Source of the DNA: Tubiluchus corallicola
Lineage: Eukaryota; Animalia; Priapulida
Assembly: GCA_030141605.1 (NCBI GenBank)
Contig: JAQGDQ010000418.1
Location: 124,001-188,000, forward strand
DNA length: 64,000 bases
Direction of reading: 5' to 3'
Part shown: in pieces, positions 38,603-52,527 of the stretch
Position numbering within the stretch: the first letter of the stretch is position 1
Layout of the letters: each line of letters begins with the position of its first letter
Notes under the pieces: model-generated
What the model saw: the letters and a program-made list of their open reading frames with translations, nothing else
What the model was told of the DNA's origin: nothing
Database searches by the model: none
Program-made: the position numbers and the translations under genes

Positions 38603-38726
38603 GTTTTAGTGACGCAACGAGATGACGTCAGACGTTTTAGTGACGCAATGAGATGACGTCAGACGTTTTAGTGACGCAATGAAATGACGTCAGACGTTTT
38701 AGTGACGCAATGAGATGACGTCACAC
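38603..38726. repeat. 31-bp tandem repeat x4, each with TGACGCAA and TGACGTCA
   Basis: gttttagtgacgcaatgagatgacgtcagac x4. Confidence 0.9.
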
Positions 38727-39079
38727 GCTGATTGCGGGAGATTATAGACTTAATGTGAAAGCTTTCAGTGGCGATTAATGAAAAGTTCTTAAACTGTGTA
38801 ATTCAGGAGCCTTTTCACGCTGAAGAGGGTCACTGAAGAGGATTATTAGGCAAGCAGCTCGTCTGATTATTGTGCGCGAGGTTTTAATTTACGTTTTATT
38901 TTGGTAAATTGAATTTTTCAATTCTTTGAAATAGACATATTTAAAGCCATTGCAAATTGGAGGGTTCTGGGTTCGATGCCAGTTATCAATTTCCTAGAAG
39001 TTTTGTTGATTCCCGTGAGTGATTGGTTATTGATTTTTCGTAGCTGGTCTATGCTTGTGATTGTGTACGCCACCTGACT

Positions 39080-39772
39080 TTAACTCTCTACTCTTTAAAA
39101 TATTGAAAGGAAATGTTCCTATTTTTTTTTCAAAAATGACTTACGCGAAAGAATTATTACCACACAAACACAATTTCACGTTCGCGCCACTAGTTCTTCG
39201 CTGTTACATCTTAGTTCAGATGTGTTGGTTTGTGACGAACTACTCACGTTTGACAGCTAATGTATGAGCACAGCAGTAAATTTGAAATTTCAATTTTATT
39301 CTTAAGACTTGCTTAGTTTTAGTACAACACACTGAATATCTTACAGTAGCACTGTACTTCAATTTTCACTTCAGCAAACACGTGCAACACGCTCGCGGAA
39401 TATTTTTGCCGTTGAAAGATATGTTAGTTTGTGATGTTGAACTCGCATGCTGTTAATTAAGTTTTTAATTTATTATTTAATTATCAGAAACATTTTACCA
39501 GTATTTTTGCTTACACTTTTGCCGTACTTGAAACTAGGATAATGTATGGAAAATTATCCCGTGTTCCTTCAAAGGCGAAAAAGGGAATTTTAATGTAAAT
39601 ACCAAAGAACTTGCCACACGGAGTTCTATTACGTATCATTATGCTTGCCTGTTTTTAATCTATCATTTAGTTATCAGAAATGCCTTTGCAGCATTAATTG
39701 TGTTTTAATGCATACTTTTTATCGTATTTGAAAATGGGGCAGTTTATGAAAAATCATCCTGTCTTCCTTTAA
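39080..39772 (-). mobile_element. Kolobok-like family A copy
   Basis: Reverse complement of 18631-19272; ends aaatcatcctgtcttcct|ttaa. Confidence 0.65.
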
Positions 39773-40239
39773 GTCGACATGCTTTATAAACTTCACTCTG
39801 TTTTCTTACAAAATTTATATAACTGGCTTGTTAATATTTTACCTTTTGTGCAAGAACAGCACGTAAATGTTTATTTCGCCAAATAAGGTCATTTTTGATT
39901 AGTGTTTCTTACGATTACGTACATCATTGCTGTAATTTCATCCACTTAGCGTTGGCAACATGTTATTGGGATTTATGAAAATTGCATGTAATTTGCAGCC
40001 ACTCTTCAGTACGCTTGGGGCAATGCATGATGGGAAGGCAGGAAAGATTGCAGTGTATTGTGGGATAGCTAGAATCGTTATCGTACAGCAGAGATTTTGA
40101 TTAATAAGAAAACGTTTAGAGATTATGTTTATTTTATTGAATTTTATTCATTAATAAATTAACTAATTTGTAACAGTGCTTTATTAATTAGTAATTAATT
40201 TTAGTGTGATTAGAACAAATGTGCGAATGAATCAATGAA

Positions 40240-40815
40240 CTGAAAGAATAAATGTTCAAAATGAAGGAAGAAAATAAATGAGAAGCAGAAGAAAAAAGAG
40301 AGAAGAAATTGACTCAAGAAAGAAAAGGAGAAGAAAGGAAAGAAGGAAGTAAGGAAGAAAGAACAAAAGAAAGAAATAAAGCAAGAAACAAGGAAGAGAA
40401 AGGAAGGAAGGAAGAAAAGAGGGATAGAAGGAAGGAAGGAACAACAAAAGAAAGAAAATAAATCAAGAAAGAAGGAAGAAAGTGAAGAATGAAGGAAGGA
40501 AGAACAAAAGGAAAGAAGAAAGGAAGAAATGAAGGAAGGAGGAAGGAAAGAAAGAACGATGGAAGGAAACGACGCAGGAAGGAATGAAAAACGAAGGGAA
40601 AACGAAAGAATGAGTAAAAGAAAAAAGAGCAAAAGAAGGAAGGAAGGAAGAAAAAGAAGAATACGTTGATAGAAAAAGGAAAAAAACGAAAATGAGAAAA
40701 TAAGCCAAACCAGAAAATAAGCCAAAACGAAAAAGCTTAAAGATAAAAAAACATGAACTAAAGAGCTGGAGAAGTAAAATAATGAAAAGCAAGAAAAAAG
40801 AAGGATGAATCAACG
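40240..40815. repeat. GA/GAA-rich low-complexity tract
   Basis: Seen directly. Confidence 0.85.
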
Positions 40816-41066
40816 AATGAACGAAGCTGGTTGTCTAAACCTCTCCAACTGTTGCTACTCGTTTAATGAAAATCCTAATCTACATAAATCCACTTACTAC
40901 CATCATGATAAAACTTGACAATCTTTGCTGAATCATCAATTAGTGAAAATTAAAAAGAAGCTGGAGATTTATAAGATGACAAGCTTTTACATGATCAATC
41001 AGTGTGATAATAAAATGAATTACTGCAACCTGATTAATTTAAAACAATCCATTCATGCTAAAAGCT

Positions 41067-41305
41067 GTCATCGTCGTCATGGTTATCATCATCGTCGCCA
41101 TCATCATCATCATCATCACCACCATCATCATCAGCATCGTCATCACCGTTGTCGTTGTCATCATCATCATCACCACCATCGCCATCACCATCGTCATCAC
41201 CGTTGTAGTCGTTATCATCATCACCATCTCGATCACCAGCACCATTGTCATCATCGTCACCATCGTCATCATCGTCACCATCGTCATCATCATCATCATC
41301 ATCAT
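41067..41305. repeat. (ATC/ACC)n microsatellite
   Basis: Seen directly. Confidence 0.9.
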
Positions 41306-42359
41306 AAAACGACAACAACCCTTCTTACATTTGTCTTTCCTGCAAAATATTTCAACCAATCAAAGCAAAGTGAAATTATCATGCTTAAAAAAACCGACCA
41401 ACTTTGGAGCTGGGGACAAGACAGTGTGAGCATCTAAAAATTTGACTTTCGACAATGTATGTGAAAACTAGGTCCTACCCTTAATTATGCTTAGTCGGAC
41501 CGTTGAGTGACATTAGAGGTCATTTGAAGGTCAATGTTCACAAAGTGGAACAAGTCCCTTCTTGTTTGGTTTTGTGACGCTGAGTACGTCAGAACTGTGG
41601 CAGCTTTAAGAACAATAATCCACCTAATCCATCGTGTCACGTTGATCCATTCGCTATGTTTTAGGCTTGTTAAATGATTAATACAAACGTTTTTGTACTG
41701 CAATGTTCATTGGGAGGACAAATTTTCCCAATAACTTCCCGTTTTTGACGTATTTATGTGACCATAACTTTCGGGAAATGGCGTTTCTGGAAAAATAATC
41801 GATTCGGGTTGCCACTTGTTCATTGCCAATATGAGAATGGTAAATTACCATCAAGACGTCATGGTGGATTCATAGGACTATCAATATCAATAACGTTCAC
41901 TTTGATATGGCATGTAGAAGTATTAGAGACGATGGAGGGTGGGGGGAAAGATTGCATTAATAGTTGATGGGGTGAGAAAGCGCGAGGAAGGGAAGGAAGT
42001 TGAGGCGGAAGTGGTGGCATGAGAGAGAAGAGGCGGGATAATATATGGATAGACAGACACGGATTATAGAGCAGTAAAAACGACAACAGTAACAACAATG
42101 ATAACGACGACAATGATGACGACAACAGTAGCAGCAACAGCAACAACAACAACAGCAACAACAACAACAACAACAATAACATCAACAACAACAACAGCAA
42201 CGACATTGTTGTTGTTTTTGTTGTTGTTTTTAAATTTTGTGATTCCTAAATCTACGTCTTTGTACGTTTGCCCACCTTTGTCCGTTTCACCTTTTTTGTT
42301 TTCTTTCCCTACATTCTGTTTCGCTTTCTTTCCCTCCTTCGCACGGTCTCGAACACTGC

Positions 42360-42818
42360 TAAAAAGTCACAAGTAGAAAAGTTGCATTTGAAAACGTTGC
42401 AGGTAATAGTCACAGAAAAAGTCGCGTAAAAAGGTACAGGAAAACAGTACTGATCCTAATCCGAACCCTAACCCTGACCCAGACAACTGACCCTTACCCT
42501 AATCCTAGCTAAAATTACGTGACGTTTTCATGTGACTTTTTTCCAGTGATTTTTTTTCATGTGACTTTTTCATGTGATTTTTTCCATGTGACTTTTTTCC
42601 TGTTACTTTTTTCATGTGACTTTTTTCCAGTGATTTTTTCTGTGACTTTTTTTCATGTGAATTTTTTCATGTGACTGTTTTCCTGTGACGTTTTTTCTGT
42701 GACTTTTTTCCAGAGACTTTTTTCTGTGACATTTTTCCTGTGACTTTTTCCGTGAGACTTCTTTCATATATCTTTTTTGTGACTTTTTGCCTGTGACTTT
42801 TTTCCTGTGACTTTTTCA
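42360..42818. mobile_element. Foldback/Helentron-like element with inverted arrays of aaaagtcaca / tgtgactttt around a cctaaccct core
   Basis: Left units aaaagtcaca, centre ccctaaccctgaccc, right many tgtgactttttt units. Confidence 0.5.
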
Positions 42819-43817
42819 TGAGTGGCGCACCCTGGAGGGTGAGTTAGTGAGATTTTACCAATTGATGAAAATGCTTTAAATAGTTAATAATTATTTTTTC
42901 TAGTTACTTAACTATTTCAAGCAGGTAAGCGAAATGTTAAGTAATATAACTTTGCATGGAATGTTCTTTGGGATATAATTTAACATTGCCATTACTTGAT
43001 TTCCCCTGATTTACGTTGTGCGTATATGACGTCATGTAATGAAACAGTATAGCAGGACATTTAAAATAAAAACAAACAAAAAATTCTTTCAACGCGAGTA
43101 CGATATATGCATAAAATCGCTATAACGTAATATAATTTTTAAGACGATTTTTCTGAAACCTACTTCAGGTACCTCAAGTATCTCTTAATTTTTCTCATCT
43201 ATTCGAGATTTTAATAACGAGGAACATTAACTACTTCGAAGATGTAATCTGTCAGTCGACATAAGTTAACTTACAAAGTTAAAAATTCCAATAACGTTCA
43301 ACTCCGTTATGGACAACTGAAACGCCCGTGTCATTAATTAGTTGTGCAGTTAGTCACTCAAGGTCTCAAGATGTTGGCTTCCTATTTCAATTAAACATAA
43401 GAAGCCATTTTTGAGAAGTTAATGAAAGTTTTTTCATCAGGTCAGAGGAAGTTTAAGAGCGGGGTTTCTCTTTCTACCAGTTTTTCGTTTTTTCGTTCTT
43501 AACTGTCGCTGAGTATTTTGTTGTCATTCATTCATTGTTTTTTTCCTTCCCTCCTTCCATGAGTCATTCATTCTTTAAAAATATATTACACGCATTGATT
43601 TATTCACTCATTTCTACTTTCTTCCCTTCCTTCCCTCCTTCTTCCCTTTCTTTTTTCTTCTTTGCTTTCCTTTTTCATTCTTTACTTCTTTGTTTGGTTC
43701 TTTCCTTCTTTCTTTCTTTCTCTCTTATTCCTTTCTTCTTTCTGACTTTTCTTGCTTCCTCCCATTTTTCTACTATTTGAACCCATTCTATCTTCATACC
43801 ACTTTTTGCTTAGTTAT

Positions 43818-44270
<453 letters not shown>

Positions 44271-44645
44271 TCACACCTCTCAATTACAATCTTAACTGGT
44301 CTACCTTACTTAGTGGCACATTTTACATTTGTTCTTCAGGATTTCTCGCAAAGTAGCTTATCAGTTCAGTTTCAGCACCTTAAGAAAATAACTTCTTCTT
44401 TGCAGCAGCAGTAGCAGCTTTGTCAGAAAATATCGATGCCGTCTTCGTTTTTCCCACAATGCCTTGGGCGCTCGATTAAAAAGCAACAGTTTAGAGTTAG
44501 CAGCAAATGTTTAAATGTTTTGTGGGTAGAGAATTTAACAGAACAGCTGGTAATTTGTGTTGTAGGTCTTTTGTCATTTTCATTTCCCTGTTTTCTTATA
44601 AGCCGTATGCTCTCTCTTTTTCTCTCAATCTCTCACTACTCTCTC

Positions 44646-44700
<55 letters not shown>

Positions 44701-46237
44701 CCTCCTCCTCTCCTCTCTGCCCTGTTCTGACTTTCTTGTCCCAGACAATCCACGTTTTTTTCCATTCATTCTCTTTCTTTCTCTTCCTTTCTGCTCTTCC
44801 CTTCTTTCCATGTTGCTTTATTTTCCCTATTTCACTCTTCTTCCCCGTTCTCCCCATTTTTATATTCCCTTCCCTTTACAACATCACTATTCAATCTTCA
44901 GTATACAAAAAATCACAATTAAATCCAAATTTTCAAATTTCCTCTCCCAAACAGGAACTTTCTCTGACTAAAAGTGAAACATCCTGCAAACAAAAGCACC
45001 CCTCAATTTCCTGTTGACGAATCTCTTTATATCAGCAGATCAAATTAGCCAAAGAAACGGAATGCTGGCTTCCCTTTCACAATCAAACAACATACCTCTT
45101 TTGAAAAAAGCTTGCTATACAATAAGTTTTGAGTGCATTTCCCTCTTAACCAGTTTGCTAATTAGCTACGCCTGGGTATAATTTCCGACATCTCTGTACT
45201 TCCCTGTGAATGATAATTGGAAAAGCCAACCGGCGGCAACCCCACTACAAATTCTCTGCTTTGTGAGGGTGGGAACGTGGACAGTGATAACGTGATTTTG
45301 TTACTATCGTTAGTTTTGGAGTGGGTATGATGCCGCGCTTAGACGAGCCACAATACAAAATCCACATTTGTGGATAATTTTACCCACTCTGCGAGCTTTT
45401 GTATAAAAATCCGAATTTTACTATAAATGATTAGTATCATTAGTTTAAATTTTCTTGTACGTTGCATTGTATGTCTTAATGCCATAATTACTTATTTTCT
45501 CGAGTTCACGAACTTTAAGATTATCTCTGCACTGATGTCAAGACTTTACGACGCCTCAGGCTGATCCCGCCCATCTCTAATGTGAATTTATGGTTGTTTA
45601 TGTAATGAGAACTTTAAACAATTACTTGTGGTGTATTAGCAACACTATTAACCTAGTTTCTACGTGGTCATTATAAATACAAGTTACATGTATTTGAATA
45701 GCGCTTATATACAAGCAGGCTGTGTAATTGTTTGTTGTGTGTACACAATTGTTTGTTGTGTGTGAATACCTTGCGCCTGTTCGTTATGTGGCACTTATAT
45801 AGAGCATGCGTCAAGTAACAGCCTGTGGTGTGTTACAAAATGTGCCCTTTACATGAATACGAAAGTGTACACATTTTCTGAGGGGAATAAGAATTTTTTC
45901 TAAAATGTGAGGCTCTCAAACTGTGGCGCCCTGGGCTCTAGTCTACTTAGTCTCTTGGTTAATACACCTCCGATTTATGTTTCCCACAAACCCCTGGTGT
46001 GGGGCACGAAAGCCAAATTCCAAGGTTAGTTTGTTCTAACCCTTTTGTCAACATGGTATTCCTATTATGACGCGTATATAGGTAATTAGATATATTTGCA
46101 CGAAAGCAAGTCAAATAATCAGTCAAATAAAAAGTTAAATCTAGACTTATTGTAATAGTTTCCTTTAAACACAAGCCCTTTATTTTTATATTTTTAAACA
46201 AATCGTCCCAAACAATGTCAACTGGTACTCAACGTAA

Positions 46238-46940
46238 TGACACGTTCGCACTAGCGAGTACTCTAGCCAAATTAACTCAAGTTATCTTGCCAAGTAACTC
46301 ACAAAGATGTTCCGATTAGAAAGCAAAACTTGCTGCGAGTTACTCACCAACAGGAAACACGAGCTGATACTATTTGCTGTGAGAAGTGTCGAGAGTAACT
46401 CGCCAAAGCATTCACACTAGACAGTAAAACAACTCACAGCAAGTGTCGGAGAGTCTGCGATAACTTGCAGACAGTAACTCGCCAAGTAACCTGCAAGCCT
46501 GTTCAGACTAGAAAGCAAAACTTGCTGTGAGTTACTGTCCCACAGTAAGCAGGAGCGGTGCTAACACTACATTCATCATTCGCTGTGAGTAGTGTCAAGA
46601 GTAACTCGCCAAAGCATTCACACTAGACAGTAAATCAACTCACAGCAACTGTCGTAGAATCTGCATTAACTTGCTGACAGTAACTCGCCAAGTAACTTGC
46701 AAGCCTGTTCAGACTAGAAAGCAAAACTGGCCGTGAGTTACTGTACCAGAGTAATCACGATTTGATACTCACTTCTCTATTCACTGTGAGAAGTGTCGAG
46801 AGTTATTCGCCGAAGCATTCACATTAGGCAGTAAAACAACTCATAGTAACTGTCGTAGAGTCTGATCATGCTGACAGTAACTCGCAAAGTAGTTCACACT
46901 AAAGAATTTACTGTCGAGGAGCAAACTCGCCAATCTGAAC
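46238..46940 (+). mobile_element. Harbinger-like MITE expanded by internal tandem triplication (units of about 200 bp)
   Basis: Starts taa|tgacacgttcgcactag; unit aagtaac...gttcagactagaaagcaaaact recurs near 46292, 46484, 46690. Confidence 0.7.
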
Positions 46941-47603
46941 CTAAGGGACAGCAGTAGAAATGTAAAAATATAATGGAATATAATAGTGAAATGTAATATT
47001 ATATAATATATAATAAAATGTAAAATAGAAATAATAAAACATATCTGTTGGCGAAAGACGTTCCTTCTGACACTGGCAGGGATGTAGACTTTCAAAAAAG
47101 AACTTTTCTGGTAAAGAATACCGTAAAGAAGAAACCCGGGGAAAAACTCGATGCACAAGTAGAGGCTCCGTACGTCATGCGTGTTGTCCATAATGAAGAG
47201 ACACGTTTTCTCTGTCCGTTTAAGACGGGATACAAAAACATTTGACATTCTATTCAGGTTTTTGCAGTAGGAGCAGTTGCAGCAGTAACTGCCATTCAAT
47301 GTTCTTTTGCCGTATCTTTCTCGGACGAACTAAGTAGGTTTTATGACGGTAGGACTAATTAGTATTCATCAAAGCTTTTTCATTTGGGCAGTTTTCTGTG
47401 AATAACTAGTAGTCGACTAACAGCTATGCGTAATCAATGCTTGTTTATAGACGCATCTATGCACTACTAAATGTCAGCTTTCAGTAATGGACGATGCACA
47501 TTATCCCAGCAGCTAAATCATGATTATCTTGTCCGTGTTACGCCCCAGTCTTAAAGGAAAAGTCAAGCTTTCAAGTGGAGAAAATGTGGATACTACGAGT
47601 CCA

Positions 47604-47724
47604 GTTGGTGGTTGCTGTTGTTGTTGTTGTTGCTGCTGCTGTTGTTGTTCTTGTTCTCGTTCCTGCTGTTGCTGTTGCTGTTGCTGCTGTCGTTGTTGTT
47701 GTTGTTGTTGCTGTTGTTGTTCTC

Positions 47725-47755
<31 letters not shown>

Positions 47756-47862
47756 TCGTTGTTGTTGCTATAATAATTATTATTTTATTATTGTTATTAT
47801 AACCATTTATTGATATATATATATATATATATATTATATATTATATATATATATATATAATT
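47604..47862. repeat. (GTT/GCT)n then (AT)n microsatellites
   Basis: Seen directly. Confidence 0.9.
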
Positions 47863-47978
47863 ATAAACAAATTTTGTGCTGTAGACAGTTTTTCCTTGCA
47901 AATGTCTTTGTTACATTTTCATTTTAAAGAATAAGACTAAAATCATTCTAACGTCGTGTTAATTGAATTGTAGTTTTC

Positions 47979-48575
47979 TTTAAATCAAAACCTAACCCAA
48001 TCTTAAACTGTACATCAAAATAATCTACTCTTTAAAATATTGAAAGGAGACATACTATTTTGTTCAAAAATGATTTACGTGAAAGAATTATTACCACACA
48101 AACACAATTTCACGCCACTAGTTCCTCGCTGTTACATGCATTTCGCCATTCGCTAGTTAGACTGGCACTAGTGCCTGCATTTCGGAAACGCATTGCACAA
48201 AAAAGGTGCTGCACCTCTCAGTTCAGATGTGACGAACTAGGCACGTTTGACAGCAGCGGTAAATTTGAGATTTGAATTTTATCTTTTAAATCCGAAATTT
48301 ATCTTAAAACTTGCCTAATTTTAGTACAACACACTGAATATTTTACAGAAATACCGTGCTTCAATTTCCGCTTTCGCAAACACGTGTAACTCGCTCGTGA
48401 AATATTTTTGCTGTTTAAAATTAAGTTAGTTTGTGATGTCATTACTAGTTGAGCTCGCCCGCCATTATTTAAGATGTTAATCTATTATTTAATTATCATA
48501 AACGCATTTGCAGTATTAATTGTGTTAAAATGTATACTTTTTATTAGACGTGAAAATGGGGTAGTATATGAAAAA
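47979..48575 (-). mobile_element. Kolobok-like family A copy
   Basis: Reverse complement homology to 18650-19272. Confidence 0.65.
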
Positions 48576-48799
48576 GTAACAGACTACTGAAATAGTGAAC
48601 TAACCATCAACATCAGTGTTTTAAATACAACCAAATCACGTTTTTAATCATCATCAAAGAGTCATTACGTCTGTTATAGGCTTTGGGGCGTTACCATTGA
48701 TTAGGGCATTCCACCCACTCCTATCAGGCAGTCAACAGGCCAAATGGCTGCAATTTAACTGAATTACACTCATCTGGTCATGGAAATCTGAATCTGCGC

Positions 48800-49870
48800 A
48801 TTTTAAAATAAGTTGGGCCTATAGATGAAATAAAGAAAGCTTACATTAAAAAAGTACAGTCGTCTGGCGCACTGCAAGGAACAATCTTAAGCCCACTGCT
48901 TTTTAACAACGAAAGTCAAAACAACCACAAACTCATTTTCAAATAAGTTGGGCCTATAGATGAAATAAAAAAAGGTTACATTAAAAAAGTACAGTCGTCT
49001 GGCCCACTGCAAGGAACAATCTTAAGCCCACTGTTTTCTAACAACGAAAGTCAAAACAAGAATAAATTCATTTTTAAATTCTCTTCCTCTTCAAAATTTC
49101 ATTCCACCTATTGTAGTCATTGAGGTATCAACATTTATCAGAGCATTCCATCCACTCCTATCTGCGTTCAACAGCGTAAGTTCTTCTACTCCTAAAGTTG
49201 AAGTTGTTGAACATCTTTATTTATCTTAGCTATTCAAGTTGTTTTAGGTTTGCCAGGTGGTTTTTTGCAAAGTTTTAAGGCTTCCTTTAAGGCGATTCTT
49301 ACTGGTGCTTCATGTTGTAATCTTTGTTGTACTAGCCATTTTTAAATAAGATGGCCTATAAATGGAATAAGAAAGACTTACATTAAAAGTGTATAGTCGA
49401 ATGGTGCACTGCAAGGAATAATCTTAAGGCCACTGTTTTTGATAAACGGATAATGTAGGATGCTTTAGAATTCCTTCAGCTGCCTCCTAAGCAACAAAAG
49501 ATAATAATACAAACACTGAACCCATCTTTTAAGACAGAAATGCACTATCAAAAGAAGGGAATCAATCTCAAGAATATTTTCGTCTATAAATGTTTGAATA
49601 TCTTGATTTACTAAGGAATAACTCCACTATTTTGCATGTAAAACCTTGAAATTTTCTCGTGAGTTTTATATAACAATAAATTTCATATTCCAGGTTGTTT
49701 GTTTTGCTAAGTTGTTTTCTGAAAGCTCGTAAGGCCCATTTTATTGATGTATCACTTGGTCATCACGTTTCAAGTACTTTAAATAATTGGGTTACTTCAT
49801 CTTTCATGCCAAAGCAAATCTTCCAACGAGGGCGCACCGCATTTAACTATTTTTACGACCAGCACAGGTA
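48800..49870. mobile_element. CR1-like LINE debris including three copies of an RT-motif-containing unit
   Basis: tcgtctggcgcactgcaaggaacaatcttaagcccactgcttttt = SSGALQGTILSPLLF (RT motif SGVPQGSILGPLLF) near 48860, 48995, 49397. Confidence 0.55.
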
Positions 49871-50820
49871 ACAGCAAAAATCCTATCTTCATGGAACATA
49901 TACTGAAGTGCATTCGACGAATGATCAATGAGGTCTTTGAATATGTCTTGCATTATTAATGAGCTTTTGACTTAAGTGAGACAGGCAATGCGCTTAAGTC
50001 AGCTGTTCTGAGTCATAATTAACTAATGGAGATGTGTTGACATCTTGCAATTATTTGCATTGATGATTTGTGAAGGAATCTTTATTTGCATCAACAAGAA
50101 TGAAATATGTAAAAGAGAAAACGAACAGGGAAACAGACACAAAAACAAACAACAAGCTAATAGATAAGTGAAAGGGTGAACACAATTGAATGAATGATCG
50201 ATAGAGTGAATGAATGAATGAAGAAAGGAAGGAAAGAAGAAAGAATTAAACAAATGAACGAATAACAGCTAGCAAAAAAATGTATAAACAGATAACCGGA
50301 ATGGTAGACAGACGGTTTTTGCAAACTGGTTCATTTACAGTAAAATCGTTTTTAAAAATTCATTTACAGTTTTACTCTGTTGCTGGTTTTTTAAACTTGA
50401 AAAAACGAAATTGGGATATAAATGTAATAAATAAAACAGCAAGATCCAATAAGTGTGTTATACAGTATGTTATAACACATATAGTATACAATAAAGTATA
50501 CTATAACAATTTATTGTTACTATAACAACAAATATCTTTATTGTACCTTATTGTGCAATGTATTATTGCACTGTGCAGTAAAGTATTGTATATACCAGTG
50601 CAATAATTGCAATAAATGAAATAGAAACAAAATAAACACAACTGGAGAGTAACAGCATTGAACACTCTCACATTACAAGACACATTACATGACAAGTGCT
50701 ACACATGCAAACATCTTTGTCTGTTTGTTTGTCCGTCTGCTCGTCCACCCATCCGTCCTTTCCAACCACTCATTCATGCGTTCGTGGTTTCTTTGAAGCC
50801 ATTAGTCACACCAAAACACC

Positions 50821-51837
50821 ATTACACATTACGCGTGTTATTGAAATCACTTACTGTTAACTCTTTCATTACACGTGTTATTGAAATCACTTTCTGTTAA
50901 CTCTTTCATTCTCTTTCATCACACGTGTTATTGAAATCACTTTCTGTTAACTCTTTCATTACACGTGTTATTGAAATCACTTATTGTTAACTCTTTCATT
51001 ACACGTGTTATTGAAATCACTTTCTGTTAACTCTTTCATTACACGTGTTATTGAAATCACTTATTGTTAACTCTTTCATTACACGTGTTATTGAAATCAC
51101 TTTCTGTTAACTCTTTCATTACACGTGTTATTGAAATCACTTATTGTTAACTCTTTCATTACACGTGTTATTGAAATCACTTTCTGTTAACTCTTTCATT
51201 ACACGTGTTATTGAAATCACTTGCTGTTACTCTTTCACTACACGTGTTATTGAAATCACTTACTGTTAACTCTTTCATTACACGTGTTACTGAAATCACT
51301 TTCTGTTAACTCTTTCATTAAACGTGTTATTGAAATCACTTGCTGTTAACTCTTTCATTACACGTGTTATTGAAATCACTTGCTGTTAACTCTTTCATTA
51401 CACGTGTTACTGAAATCACTTTCTGTTAACTCTTTCATTACACGTGTTATTGAAATCACTTATTGTTAACTCTTTCATTAAACGTGTTATTGAAATCACT
51501 TGCTGTTAGCTCTTTCATTACACGTGTTATTGAAATCACTTACTGTTTACTCTTTCACTACACGTGTTATTGAAATCACTTATTGTTAACTCTTTCATTA
51601 AACGTGTTACTGAAATCACTTGCTGTTAACTCTTTCATTACACGTGTTATTGAAATCACTTACTGTTAACTCTTTCATTACACGTGTTACTGAAATCACT
51701 TGCTGTTAACTCTTTCATTACACGTGTTATTGAAATCACTTGCTGTTAACTCTTTCATTAAACGTGTTATTGAAATCACTTACTGTTTACTCTTTCATTA
51801 CACGTGTTATTGACATCACTTGCTGTTAACTCTTTCG
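50821..51837. repeat. 40-bp minisatellite, about 25 copies
   Basis: attacacgtgttattgaaatcacttactgttaactctttc units. Confidence 0.97.
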
Positions 51838-52132
51838 TGGTAGGAAGCTGCACAAGTGTAAGTGATGGATCAGCATTAACTTTGCCTCATTAAAAGAGAC
51901 TGAATCAAAGACCTTTTGCAAAACAGCATGTCGACTGAATGCTGCAGCTACAGCTTCAGTGCTCTATGTGGGGTGTGCGCACACGTTTGATCATTGTAAG
52001 TGGTAAGTGGCATGGTTTATTATAGTATTTGGTTATTTTTATCAAACAATTAATTAGTTAAACAAACTTTGTTATAATGGAATTTATTTGCTAGAAGTCC
52101 TGCGTTTGTTTTTATGCAAGGCTCCTTAGAAC

Positions 52133-52136
<4 letters not shown>

Positions 52137-52198
<62 letters not shown>

Positions 52199-52218
52199 AG
52201 AGGAGGGGAGGGAGGGAG
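52137..52218. repeat. (GA)n microsatellite
   Basis: Seen directly. Confidence 0.95.
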
Positions 52219-52527
52219 ATCACTCATCATGAATGCTGAAGCGATAGTAGAGCTAATACACAAACAATACACCTCGCTTAGCGCGGTAGTTAAATGAACT
52301 GAATAATGTAGAATTCCTGCTGTCGTATTAATGCACATATATACCCCAGAGTAATTCAGCATTTTATGGAAAACTGCTGTCCCCTGGGGTGCTGCTAATG
52401 AAACTCAAGAATTGCAATGCAAAGTATGGGCACAAGGATCGTTGTTCAATCATAACTTTTTCTTTCTAATGTGAAGGTTCAGCTAATGGATACAGCTGCT
52501 AAAGTGGCAGTACTGCAGCTGGGGTCA

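Noticed and set aside
40925-41437. His-rich ORF
   Set aside because: (CAT)n microsatellite, open in multiple frames on both strands
50821-51837. CRISPR array
   Set aside because: Pure tandem 40-mers without unique spacers; eukaryotic context, no cas genes
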